From assembly GCA_963769095.1 (NCBI GenBank), contig CAVYKO010000009.1, forward strand, positions 15,510-79,509: a DNA stretch of 64,000 nt, in the 5' to 3' direction. A program made the translations under genes and the position numbers. Origin of the DNA: an uncultured Acidimicrobiaceae bacterium. GTDB taxonomy: Bacteria; Actinomycetota; Acidimicrobiia; Acidimicrobiales; RAAP-2. Below, piece after piece: positions 38,735-47,991 of this stretch (its first letter is position 1; each line of letters opens with the position of its first letter). The notes under the pieces are model-generated. The model was given only the letters and a program-made list of their open reading frames with translations. It ran no database searches and had not been told where the DNA came from.

Positions 38735-38797
38735 TGTGGGTAACCGCACGCGACATGTGGGTAACCGGGGGCGTAAGCACGCCCGCCATGTGGATAA
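38735..38797 (-). promoter_or_regulatory. Three same-orientation DnaA-box-like 9-mers upstream of dnaB
   Basis: TGTGGGTAA at 38735-38743 and 38756-38764, and TGTGGATAA at 38789-38797. On the dnaB strand these read TTACCCACA x2 and TTATCCACA, the exact E. coli-type consensus. Confidence 0.55.
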
Positions 38798-38885
38798 GCC
38801 GTGTACGAACGACCGCGCTCACCCCGAAATCATGAGCACACTGCTGCGACACATTCGGGGATCCACCGCCCCGAGCCGCCGGGAC

Positions 38886-39335
38886 CTAGCCGGCGGCCGT
38901 GACCTCCACCGTGACGACGGTCGAGACGCCCGAGAACAGCTCGACCGTCACCTCGAAGGTGCCGGTCTCCTTGATGTGGTCGGGCAGCACCACGTGCTTG
39001 CGGTCCACCTCGACCCCCTTGGCCGCCCGGATCGCGTCGACGACGTCGGCGGGGCCGATGGAGCCGAAGAGGCGTCCACCCGCCGCGGCCCGGGCGCTGA
39101 TCGGGATCACGGCGCCGGCCAGCAGGCCCGCCTGCCCCTCGGCCGCGGTCCGGTCCTGGGCCTCGCGCAGGTCGCGCCCCCGCCGCATCTGGGAGGACTG
39201 CCCCTCGAGCCCCTCGGTGGCCACGATGGCCCGCCCCTCGGGCAGCAGGAAGTTGCGGGCGAAGCCGCCGGCCACCTTCACGATGTCGCCCCGCCGCCCC
39301 ACGCCGGCGACGTCGTCACGCAGGAGGACCTTCAC
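38886..39335 (-). CDS. rplI: 50S ribosomal protein L9
   Basis: ORF 38886..39335(-). [32 protein letters not shown] is the canonical L9 N-terminus. It belongs to the rpsF-ssb-rpsR-rplI operon. Confidence 0.95.
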   Translation of the reverse strand: MKVLLRDDVAGVGRRGDIVKVAGGFARNFLLPEGRAIVATEGLEGQSSQMRRGRDLREAQDRTAAEGQAGLLAGAVIPISARAAAGGRLFGSIGPADVVDAIRAAKGVEVDRKHVVLPDHIKETGTFEVTVELFSGVSTVVTVEVTAAG

Positions 39336-39824
39336 GCGTCACCCCCGCCGGCAGGGGCCTCGGCCGCCGCGGCGTCCTCGGCCATCTCCTCGACCAGCTC
39401 CTCGACCACGGCGACCTCCGCCGCCTCGACCTCGGCGTCACCCTGCGCGTCGGTCTCGTCGGTCACCTCGACGGCCACCTGGACCCACGGCGGCGCGTCG
39501 CTCAGCGTCCCGCCGCGGTCGCCCCGCCGCCCACCGGGACGCTCGGTCACGGTGCGCTGCGTGTAGGGCAGCAGGACCAGCTCACGGGCGGTCTTGATCG
39601 CCTGGGCCAGCGCCCGCTGGTGCTGCGCGCAGTTCCCGGTCACCCGGCGCGAGCGGATCTTGCCCCGGTCGCTCATGTACTTGCGCAGCATGGGCACGTC
39701 CTTGTAGTCGACCCAGGTGACCCTGGTCGCGGCACAGCGCGCACGGCTTCTTCTTCACCCGGCGGCCGAGATCCTTGGGGGCCCGGCGTGCCGCCGACCC
39801 ACCTCGTTGGTTGTTCCGTGCCAT
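39332..39824 (-). CDS. rpsR: 30S ribosomal protein S18 (apparent frameshift near 39720; long acidic C-terminal tail)
   Basis: ATG 39824 overlaps the ssb stop (TGATG). [31 protein letters not shown] lies in the frame of ORF 39582..40235(-). [53 protein letters not shown] continues as ORF 39332..39697(-). Confidence 0.9.
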
Positions 39825-40348
39825 CAGAAGGGCTCCTCGTCGAATCCGTATCCGCCAGCCACCGCCAGCCCCGAGTCGGACGCCGGCTGGGGCTGCGACT
39901 GGGGTGCCCCGCCACCGCCGCCACCACCGCCGCCGCCGCCGGACCGGGAGCCGCCACCGCGACCCGAGCCCTCGCCGGCGCCCCGCCGCTCGTTCTTGGT
40001 GATCTGCGCCGTCGCCCACCGCAGCGACGGGCCGATCTCGTCGGCCACCACTTCGACCTTGGAGCGGCGGTCGCCCTCCTGGGTCTCCCAGCTGCGCTGT
40101 TCGAGCCGCCCGGCCACCATGACCCGGGCGCCGCGGGTGATCGTCTCGCTCACGTTCTCCGCCATCTCGCGCCAGCAGACCACGTCGAAGAACGACGTCG
40201 CCTCCTCCCACTCCTGGGTCTGGCGGTTCTGCCACCGCCGGTTCACGGCCAGGCCGAAGGTCACGTTGGCCTGGCCGGTGTTGGTGAAGCGCAGCTCGGG
40301 GTCGCGGGTCACGTTGCCCACGAGCGTCACGCTGTTGTCCGTCGCCAT
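39824..40348 (-). CDS. ssb: Single-stranded DNA-binding protein
   Basis: ORF 39824..40348(-). OB-fold N-terminus (VTLVGNVTRDPELRFT), Gly-rich linker and acidic tip DEEPF. Confidence 0.95.
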   Translation of the reverse strand: MATDNSVTLVGNVTRDPELRFTNTGQANVTFGLAVNRRWQNRQTQEWEEATSFFDVVCWREMAENVSETITRGARVMVAGRLEQRSWETQEGDRRSKVEVVADEIGPSLRWATAQITKNERRGAGEGSGRGGGSRSGGGGGGGGGGGAPQSQPQPASDSGLAVAGGYGFDEEPF

Positions 40349-40683
40349 GTCTGCTCCTCTCGTCCTCTCGTCAGCTCGCGGCCGTCGCCGCGCCCTGCGT
40401 CCGGCAGGCGCACGACCTTGTGGCGCACCACGGTGTCGGCCAGGCCGAGCATGCGGTCCAGCGCGGCCACGGTCTCGGGCTCGCCGGTGAATTCGACCAC
40501 GACGTAGTAGCCCTCGCGCTTGTGGTTGACCTCGTAGGCGAAGGAGCGCTTGCCCCAGCGGTCGATCGCCCCGGGGTTGCCGCCGTTGCTGCGGATGACG
40601 TCCAGCGCGCGGTCGAGCTCGCCCTGGATCACGGTGGGTTCCGTGGTGGCCTCGAAGATGGCCATGACTTCGTAAGGCCGCAT
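40327..40683 (-). CDS. rpsF: 30S ribosomal protein S6
   Basis: ORF 40327..40683(-). MRPYEVMAIFE...IDRWGKRSFAYEVNHKREGYYVVVEF. The tail overlaps the ssb start by 22 nt and reads through the ssb RBS, so the exact end is uncertain. Confidence 0.9.
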   Translation of the reverse strand: MRPYEVMAIFEATTEPTVIQGELDRALDVIRSNGGNPGAIDRWGKRSFAYEVNHKREGYYVVVEFTGEPETVAALDRMLGLADTVVRHKVVRLPDAGRGDGRELTRGREEQTWRRTTA

Positions 40684-40786
40684 AGGCGGCGTACCTCCCT
40701 CTGGACCGGGTGTGCCGGGCCCCTGACGGTCAGGAGCAGGGTGTGTTGTGGCGCGTCATGCTAGCCGAGGCGCCCGACGGCGCCGG

Positions 40787-41644
40787 TCAGGTGGTGAGGG
40801 CGTCCCCCAGGCCGGCGGGCCCGTGATACGTCTCCGCCTCCCCGGGAAAGCTCCCGTCCCGCACGTCATCCGCGAACGCCGCCACCGCCTCGGTGGCCAG
40901 CCGACCCAGCTCGGCGTACTGGCGCACGAACTTCGGTGGCTTCCGATCCGCCGGCCCCAGGCCCAGCAGGTCGTGGAAGACCAGCACCTGGCCGTCGCAG
41001 TCCGGCCCGGCGCCGATGCCGATCGTCGGCACGTCCAGGGACTCGGTCACCGCCGCCCCGACGACGTCGGGCACGCCTTCGATGACGAAGCCGAAGCATC
41101 CCGCCGCCGCCAGCGCCTTGGCCGCATCGAGGAGCGCCGTCGCCGCGTCCACGCTCTTGCCCTGGACCCGGAAGCCGCCCATGGCGAGCACCGACTGCGG
41201 CGTCAGCCCCAGGTGGCCCATGACCGGGATCTCGGCCCGGATGATCGCCTCGACGACGCCGAGGCGGGCCCGGCCGCCCTCGAGCTTGACCGCCTGCGCC
41301 CCCGCCCGGATCAGCGTGGCCGCGTTGCGCACCGCGTCCTCGGGGGAGGTGTGGTAGCTCATCCACGGCATGTCGCCCAGGATCAGCGACCGGGGCTTGG
41401 CGCGGGCCACCGCCGCCGTGTGGTGCGCCATCACCTCGATGTCGACGTGCAGCGTGTCCTCGTAGCCGAGCACGGTGTTGGCCACCGAGTCCCCGACCAA
41501 GATGATGTCGGCGCCCGCCTCGGACACGATCCGCGCCCCCGGCTCGTCGTACGCGGTCACCATCACGATCGGGACGCCACCGTCGCGCCGCTTGCGCGCC
41601 CGCAGGTTGGGCACGGTCGGCTTCGGCACGCCGGCCTCGGTCAT
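40787..41644 (-). CDS. panB: 3-methyl-2-oxobutanoate hydroxymethyltransferase
   Basis: ORF 40787..41959(-) read from internal ATG 41644. VMVTAYD, ILVGDSVANTVLGY, GDMPWMSY, AVKLEGG, VMGHLGLTPQS, VIEGVP. Confidence 0.92.
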   Translation of the reverse strand: MTEAGVPKPTVPNLRARKRRDGGVPIVMVTAYDEPGARIVSEAGADIILVGDSVANTVLGYEDTLHVDIEVMAHHTAAVARAKPRSLILGDMPWMSYHTSPEDAVRNAATLIRAGAQAVKLEGGRARLGVVEAIIRAEIPVMGHLGLTPQSVLAMGGFRVQGKSVDAATALLDAAKALAAAGCFGFVIEGVPDVVGAAVTESLDVPTIGIGAGPDCDGQVLVFHDLLGLGPADRKPPKFVRQYAELGRLATEAVAAFADDVRDGSFPGEAETYHGPAGLGDALTT

Positions 41645-42129
41645 GTCGTGGTCTTCGCCTTTGGTGGTGTCCGCCGCGCCTTTCCGCCGGACTCTCCGCC
41701 GGCGGGGTACTTCTTCATGAGGTGATGCCAGGCGCACGACGGGCACACCTCGACCTCGAAACAGAGGACGGGCTCGGGCCGGCGGCACAGAGCCTTGAGC
41801 TCGGCGACCGTTCCCGGGCATCGACCACCGGGAGGCAGCTTGGCCCCGAACACGAACGTCACCGTCACCAGTCGCCCGTCGTCGCAGATCGGGCAGACCT
41901 CCTTGGTGGGCCGACCGACGTTGCGGGCCGCCCGCAGGAGCTCGGGGTGGGCGTCGCACACGTCGACCTTCTGGACGCGCCCCCGTTCGACCTCACGGAC
42001 GAGGCCGTTCCGCACGATCCGGTACTCCACCTGGGCCGTGACGTCAGGGCTCACGGCCCGGGAGGACGACCTCGGCTCCGAGGTGACTGACACGGCGGCC
42101 AGGCTACCCCTCACGCCTCGATTCTCCAT
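41641..42129 (-). CDS. Small zinc-ribbon protein (DUF5318-like)
   Basis: ORF 41641..42432(-) read from internal ATG 42129. VCDAHPELLRAA, CPICDDG and VEVCPSCAWHHL are paired Cys motifs. Its stop overlaps the panB start (ATGA). It is divergent from PadR/ino1, as I recall for this family. Confidence 0.65.
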   Translation of the reverse strand: MENRGVRGSLAAVSVTSEPRSSSRAVSPDVTAQVEYRIVRNGLVREVERGRVQKVDVCDAHPELLRAARNVGRPTKEVCPICDDGRLVTVTFVFGAKLPPGGRCPGTVAELKALCRRPEPVLCFEVEVCPSCAWHHLMKKYPAGGESGGKARRTPPKAKTTT

Positions 42130-42191
42130 CCATTTCAGGCACGATCCGGGCATCGGGGTGACAGAACCGTGACCAACTTTCTGTACTTCGC

Positions 42192-42210
42192 TATATCGAT
42201 TCGATATAAT
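42192..42210. promoter_or_regulatory. 17-bp perfect palindrome overlapping a TATAAT box immediately upstream of padR (operator plus leaderless promoter candidate)
   Basis: TATATCGA-T-TCGATATA at 42192-42208. TATAAT at 42205-42210 lies only 8 nt before ATG 42219. No Shine-Dalgarno sequence is present. Confidence 0.55.
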
Positions 42211-42218
42211 GGTCCGCA

Positions 42219-42845
42219 ATGTTGGACATGGCCATTCTCGGCCTCCTCGAAGAGCGCGACCTCCACGGCTACGAAATCCGCCGTCAGCTGCGGGATCACC
42301 TGGGGCTGTTGGCCAACGTGTCGTTCGGTTCCATCTACCCGGCCCTGACCCGGCTCGAGAAGTCCGGCGCCGTCGTGGCCACCGAAGGAGGGGCGGCCGA
42401 CGCCGGCCCCGGCACCACGGCTGCGGCGCCACCGACGGGGTCGTTGTCCGGAGAATTCGCCGTCCTGCGGGCTCGCCGGCACGCGGGGACCCGCTCGCGC
42501 CGGGGCAAGAAGGTGTACCGGATCACCGACGCCGGCCGGCAGCTGTTCGCCGAGCTGTTGACCGACGCCAGCGCCACCGACGACGCCCGCAGCTTCTCGT
42601 TGCGCCTGGCCTTTGCCCGGCATCTGGCGCCCCAGGCCCGGCTCTCGCTGCTCGAACGCCGGCGGGCGCTGCTCGTCCAGCGGCTGGGTGAGACCGAGTC
42701 GGCCCGGCCGGATCTCGACCCCTACGCCCGCTCCGTCGTCCAGCACACCGCGGACGGCGTCGCCCACGACATCAGTTGGCTCGACTCTCTCATCGCCTCC
42801 GAGCGTGCCGCCCTGGCCGGCGCACGCACCGAGCCGGTGGGCTGA
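42219..42845 (+). CDS. PadR-family transcriptional regulator
   Basis: ORF 42219..42845. [20 protein letters not shown]...[16 protein letters not shown] is a winged helix of PadR type, followed by a C-terminal dimerisation part. Confidence 0.88.
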   Translation: MLDMAILGLLEERDLHGYEIRRQLRDHLGLLANVSFGSIYPALTRLEKSGAVVATEGGAADAGPGTTAAAPPTGSLSGEFAVLRARRHAGTRSRRGKKVYRITDAGRQLFAELLTDASATDDARSFSLRLAFARHLAPQARLSLLERRRALLVQRLGETESARPDLDPYARSVVQHTADGVAHDISWLDSLIASERAALAGARTEPVG

Positions 42846-42868
42846 CCGAAACCGAAGGAGAAAGACAG

Positions 42869-43972
42869 ATGCACAGCCCCATCCGCCTCGCGATCGCCGG
42901 CGTCGGCAACTGCGCCAGCTCGCTGATCCAGGGCCTCACCTACTACGACGACGCGGACCCGACCGACACGGTGCCGGGGCTGATGCACGTCGAGCTCGGC
43001 GGCTACCACGTCCGTGACCTCGTGCCGGTGGTGGCCTTCGACGTGGACCAGGCCAAGGTCGGCACGGACCTGGGCAAGGCGATCCACGCCGGGCACAACA
43101 ACACCATCCGCTTCGCCGAGGTGGGCGAGGTCGGCATCACGGTGCTGCGCGGCCCCACGCTCGACGGGTTGGGCAAGTACTACAAGGAGATCGTCGAGGA
43201 GTCCCCGGCCGAGCCGGTCGACGTCGCCCAGGCCCTGCGCGACGCCAACGCCGACGTGCTCGTCTCGTACCTGCCGGTCGGGTCCGAACAGGCGCAGCGC
43301 CACTACGCCCAGGCCTGCATCGACGCCGGCGTGGCCTTCGTCAACGCCATCCCCGTGTTCATCGCGTCGGACCCCGAGTGGGCGGCCAAGTTCCGCGACG
43401 CCGGCGTGCCGATCGTGGGCGACGACATCAAGTCACAGGTCGGATCGACGATCGTCCACCGCATCCTGACGCGGCTGTTCGAGGACCGGGGGCTGGCGCT
43501 GGACCACACGTACCAGCTCAACTTCGGCGGCAACATGGACTTCAAGAACATGCTCGAGCGGGAGCGGCTGGAGTCGAAGAAGATCTCGAAGACCCAGGCC
43601 GTGACGAGCCAGATCGAGGACAACGTGCTCGACGCCGACGACGTCCACGTGGGGCCGTCCGACCACGTCCCGTGGCTCAAGGACCGCAAGTGGGCCTACA
43701 TCCGCATGGAGGGCCGCAACTTCGGCGACGTGCCGTTGAACCTGGAGCTCAAGCTCGAGGTGTGGGACTCACCGAACTCGGCGGGCGTCATCATCGACGC
43801 GGTGCGCTGCGCCAAGCTGGCGCTCGACCGCGGCATCGGCGGCCCGCTGCTGGGGCCGTCGGCCTACTTCATGAAGTCGCCGCCGGTGCAGTACCACGAC
43901 GACGTGGCGCACGCCATGGTCGAGGGGTTCGCCGCCGGCGAGGCGCAGGAGACCTGGCCGCCCGCCGACTGA
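42869..43972 (+). CDS. ino1: myo-inositol-1-phosphate synthase
   Basis: ORF 42776..43972 read from ATG 42869 (GGAG 9 nt upstream). [61 protein letters not shown]. Confidence 0.93.
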   Translation: MHSPIRLAIAGVGNCASSLIQGLTYYDDADPTDTVPGLMHVELGGYHVRDLVPVVAFDVDQAKVGTDLGKAIHAGHNNTIRFAEVGEVGITVLRGPTLDGLGKYYKEIVEESPAEPVDVAQALRDANADVLVSYLPVGSEQAQRHYAQACIDAGVAFVNAIPVFIASDPEWAAKFRDAGVPIVGDDIKSQVGSTIVHRILTRLFEDRGLALDHTYQLNFGGNMDFKNMLERERLESKKISKTQAVTSQIEDNVLDADDVHVGPSDHVPWLKDRKWAYIRMEGRNFGDVPLNLELKLEVWDSPNSAGVIIDAVRCAKLALDRGIGGPLLGPSAYFMKSPPVQYHDDVAHAMVEGFAAGEAQETWPPAD

Positions 43973-43983
43973 CCGTCCGTCGC

Positions 43984-44469
43984 TCAGACGAGGATGCGCT
44001 CGTCGGGGGCGCGGACGCCGACGACGGCCAGGGCGCGGCCCATGCCGAGGAAGCACCCGCAGCAGATCGTGAGGTCGGCCAGCTCCTCGTCGGAGAAGGC
44101 GGCGTGGAGCCGCCCCCACAGGTCGTCGCCCATGGCCAGGTGGTCGACGGCGAAACGCTCGGCGAACTCGGCGGCCAGGCGCTCCCGGTCGCTCAGGCCG
44201 GTGGCGGCCCGCCAGTCGGTGACCTCGACGTAGAACGGCTCGGTGGCGCCGGCCTCGCCGCCGTCCTTGGCCCTCGTGTCCCGACAGACGGCGCAATCGT
44301 TGATGAGGGCGATGGTCCAGCGGGCCGCCTCACGCTCGCGTACCGACAGCTGCGAGTTGCCGTAGACCGCCGCCGAGAGCTTGCCCATGCCGGCCGCCAT
44401 GTCGGGCCGCAGGAGCGCCCAGTCGATGTGCTCGCCGAGCCCGCTCTCCGGTGCCGCAATCCGTGTCAT
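43984..44469 (-). CDS. Carboxymuconolactone decarboxylase/AhpD-like family protein
   Basis: ORF 43984..44526(-) read from internal ATG 44469. NDCAVCRD is a CxxC context. The protein is all-helical with a size typical of the family. Confidence 0.6.
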   Translation of the reverse strand: MTRIAAPESGLGEHIDWALLRPDMAAGMGKLSAAVYGNSQLSVREREAARWTIALINDCAVCRDTRAKDGGEAGATEPFYVEVTDWRAATGLSDRERLAAEFAERFAVDHLAMGDDLWGRLHAAFSDEELADLTICCGCFLGMGRALAVVGVRAPDERILV

Positions 44470-44492
44470 GACGACGACGGTACTCCGGTCCC

Positions 44493-45896
44493 CTACTGGG
44501 CGCCGCCGCCGCTCCGCTCGGCCCACCAGGCCCGCAGCCGCTTGGCCGCCTCCTCGGCGCCGAGCGGTCCCTCATCGAGGCGCAGCTCCATGAGGAAGTC
44601 CCGGGCCTCGCCGACGGCTCGTCCGGGCTTGAGGTCGAGGACCTCCATGATCTGGTTGCCGTCGAGGTCGGGACGGAGCGAGTCGAGCTCCTCTTGGGCC
44701 CGCAGCTCGGTGATGCGCGCCTCGAGCTCGTCCATACGACGGGCCAGCGCCCGGGCCTTGGACGCGTTGCGCGTCGTGCAGTCACACCGGGTCAGCTCGT
44801 TGAGCAGGTCGAGGAACGGGCCGGCGTCGCGGACGTAGCGGCGCACCGCCTTGTCGGTCCAGCCCAGCCGGTACGTGTGGAAGCGCAGGTGCAGCTCGAC
44901 CAGCCGCACCACCGTGTCCACGTCGCTGCTCGGGTACCGGAGGGCCTCCATGCGCGACCTCGTCATACGAGCTCCGACGACCTCGTGGTGGTGAAAGCTC
45001 ACCCCGCCGTCGGTGATCGCCCTCGTCCGCGGCTTGCCGATGTCGTGGAACAACGCCGCCAGCCGAAGCAGGCGGTGCCTCGACGTCTTGTCCACCACGG
45101 CGAAGGTGTGCGCGAGCACGTCCTTGTGGCGGTGGATCGGATCTTGCTCGAGCGCCATGGCCGGCAGCTCGGGCAGGAACTCGTCGGCCAGCCCGTTGCG
45201 GACGATGAACCAGAGCGCCTTCGACGGCACCTCGAGCATCAGCATCTTGTCGAGCTCGTCGCGGATGCGCTCGGCCGACACGATGGCCAAGCGGCCGTGC
45301 ATGTGGCGCACCGCCTCGATGAGGGCCGGATCGGGCTCCAGTGAGAACCGGGCGGCGAACCGCGCCGCCCGGAGCATGCGCAACGGATCGTCGCCGAAGG
45401 AGATCTCGGGGTCGAGCGGCGTCCGCAACCGGCCGGCGGCCAGGTCGCCGAGGCCGTCGAAGGGGTCGATCAGCTCCATGTCGGGCAGCCGCAGCGCGAG
45501 CGCGTTGATGGTGAAATCGCGCCGCGACAGGTCGACCGCGATGTCGTCGCCGAACGTCACCTCCGGCTTGCGGGACTCGGGGACGTACGCCTCCGCCCGG
45601 TGCGTGGTGATCTCGTAGACCCGCGAGCCCTTGCGGCACCCGATCGTGCCGAAACGCGCCCCCTGGGTCCACACGTCGTCGGCCCAGCCGCGCACCAGCC
45701 GCTCGATCTCGTCTGGGCGGGCATCGGTCGTGAGATCGAAGTCCGACCCCTCGGCGCCTGCCCCCGGGAACAGTGCGTCACGCACCGATCCCCCCACCAG
45801 ATAGAGCGCTCTTCCGGCCGCGGCAAACCGCTGCGCCAGCTCTTCGGTGGCGTCGACGTAGGGGCGGAACCGTTCGGGAACCGACATGGACTGCAC
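44493..45896 (-). CDS. cca: CCA-adding tRNA nucleotidyltransferase / poly(A) polymerase family with HD domain
   Basis: ORF 44493..45896(-). LYLVGGSVRDAL, DFDLTT, RRDFTINALA, DDPLRMLRAARF, HD part HRHKDVLAHT...LFHDIGKP. The start may be ATG 45887. Confidence 0.92.
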   Translation of the reverse strand: MQSMSVPERFRPYVDATEELAQRFAAAGRALYLVGGSVRDALFPGAGAEGSDFDLTTDARPDEIERLVRGWADDVWTQGARFGTIGCRKGSRVYEITTHRAEAYVPESRKPEVTFGDDIAVDLSRRDFTINALALRLPDMELIDPFDGLGDLAAGRLRTPLDPEISFGDDPLRMLRAARFAARFSLEPDPALIEAVRHMHGRLAIVSAERIRDELDKMLMLEVPSKALWFIVRNGLADEFLPELPAMALEQDPIHRHKDVLAHTFAVVDKTSRHRLLRLAALFHDIGKPRTRAITDGGVSFHHHEVVGARMTRSRMEALRYPSSDVDTVVRLVELHLRFHTYRLGWTDKAVRRYVRDAGPFLDLLNELTRCDCTTRNASKARALARRMDELEARITELRAQEELDSLRPDLDGNQIMEVLDLKPGRAVGEARDFLMELRLDEGPLGAEEAAKRLRAWWAERSGGGAQ

Positions 45897-45930
45897 CCGC
45901 CCACGGTAGTGCGCCCTCTAGCCTCTCCCT

Positions 45931-47990
45931 GTGTCGATGCGATGGGGCAGGACTGCCCTCTGCTCGCTCGCCGTGGTGGCAACCGCACTCCTCGGCACCG
46001 CACCCGCGGCCGCCGCCGGTCACTCCGGTGGCGCCTCGGCGGCTCGTCGCGCGCGCCGCGGCGGACGCTCCCCCGCTCACGCTGCTCAGCCAGACGCCGT
46101 GGGTCACCCCGACCCAGCCGTGGTTCAACGCGTCGTTCGGGGTCGGCGCTGTCCGAGGGGTCGGCATCCGGGCTCCACGTGAGCATGACGTTCTATTCAC
46201 GGCTCGATAACTCGTCGCAACTGCAGCAGGCCATCGGGGGACGCCCGACAGCACGTGCTCCTACGCCAGCCCAACATCCCGGTCACGAGTGCCGGCGGTG
46301 GCCTCACCGCATCGTCGTGTGTGACGGTGCTCCCCAATCAGCGAGCCACCCCTCCCGCGAGCGGCGACGGGGTGTGTGCACCCGGCAGCCCGGCGCTCAC
46401 GATGGACTGCACGCCGCTCACGGGCACGTGCGGTGACGTCTATCCCGTGACCGTCGCCCTGCTGCGTGACGGGTCGAGCACACCCATTTCGTCGGCTTCA
46501 CGACCTTCTTGACCTATCAAGAAGCCGGGCCGGCGCGATCAGGCGAGGGTGGGCCGTTGCGGGTCGGCATGGTGTTGCCCGTCGTCGAACCAGAGCGCCG
46601 GGACCAGTCGCGACCGCGCTGTCCGAATCACCGCGACGTGCCGTCGACGCTCGCCGTCACCCCCGCGGGGTGGAGACCCTCGGCTCGGCGGCGCCTCGGG
46701 AAGGGGCAAGGGTCGTCGAACAACTGGGTTCGCTCGAGCGCGAGCAGATGCTCGACCAGCCCTACGTGCCTATCGACATGGCTGCCCTGTCGGAGGCCGG
46801 CATTTCGGGCGAGATCGGCGCCCAGCTCGCTCCGAGGCGACGAGGTCCTCCACGCGGCGGGGCTCAAGCCGACCGGCGGGCCGTGGGTCGACACGACCTC
46901 CTCCTTCTCCCAGGGGACGCCAGCGACCTCGCCTCGGGCCTCCAGCAGGCCGGGACGTCGCAACTCGTCCTGAACGACGGCGACCTCGCGTCGGGTGGCC
47001 TGAGCAACTACACCTTCGCCCAACCCTTCACGCTCGACCTGGGTCACGGCTCGAGCGTCACTGCCGTCGCCTCCGACTCCACGCTCGACGCCCGTTTCAC
47101 GGCCAACCCGATCAACCCCAGGCTCGCGGCCGAACAGCTGCTGGCCGGGCTCTTCTTCGTCCACTTCGAAAATGCGTTCCTCGCACAACACTCGCGGCGT
47201 CGTGGTCACCCCCCCGTCGGGTTGGCAGGCCTCGGGCCGTTCCTCGAGACGCTGCTCGGCGGCCTCAGGGGCAACCCGGCGCTCACGCCCGGTCACGCTC
47301 GGCCAGCTGTTCGCACAGGTCCCGATCGGCGGCAACCGAGAGCCGACGACCCGCACGCTGCAGGCGGGGCCGGCGACGCGTGGCATCTCGCATGCGGCCG
47401 CCATCAAGATCGCCCAGGCGCGCCAGCAGCTCTCGTCGTACACGCGGCCATCAACGGTCACCCGCCCGAGATGGTCACGCTGGCTGACGCGCTCCTCACG
47501 ACCGAGGCCAAGGGACTAGCCTGCAGCGGGCCGCACCGCCGCGCTGACCTCGTACCAGCACGCCTTCGCGGCCGAGACGGGCAAGGTCAGCCTCGCCGGC
47601 GAAGAAACGGTGACCTTCACGGCCCAACAGGCGTCGATCCCCATCACGGTCCTGTCGGCCGCCCCCTATCCCGTCAACGTCGTCGTGACGTTGACCAGCG
47701 ACAAGTTCACCTTCCCCGGCGGGAACACCCGCCGATTGCATCTGGACCGCCCGACCACCTCGGTGCGGGTGACGGCGCAGGCCCGCACGTCGGGCGACCG
47801 ACTGCCCATCGACGTCACCCTGCACACCCAGAACGGGCAGCTCCTGCTCGGCCGCACCGTGCTGACGGTCCACTCGACGGCCATTTCGTTCGTCGGGGTG
47901 GCGCTCACCGTGCTGGCCGGCGCCGTCCTCATCGTCTGGTGGGCACGCACCTGGCGGCGGGCCCGCCGCCGGCGCCCCCGGGCCCACTGA
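45931..47990 (+). pseudogene. DUF6049-like secreted/C-terminally anchored protein (Rv3909-position homologue), about 12 frame changes as sequenced
   Basis: The signal peptide MSMRWGRTALCSLAVVATALLGTAPAAAA starts at 45931. Protein-like segments then hop between all three frames at ~46020, 46150, 46245, 46485, 46670, 46840, 46915, 47190, 47235, 47290, 47445 and 47520. The C-terminal TM anchor FVGVALTVLAGAVLIVWWARTWRRARRRR ends at 47990. The position between cca and murJ matches mycobacterial synteny. Confidence 0.6.
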
Positions 47991-47991
47991 C

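Noticed and set aside
37301-38749. Intein in DnaB
   Set aside because: The helicase is contiguous (about 460-480 aa), with motifs in normal spacing and no Cys/Ser...HN insertion.
40684-40786. CCTGACGGTCAGG palindrome in the rpsF leader as a regulatory hairpin
   Set aside because: The loop would be a single nucleotide, so it cannot fold as RNA. I could not support an S6/S18-binding leader structure by eye.
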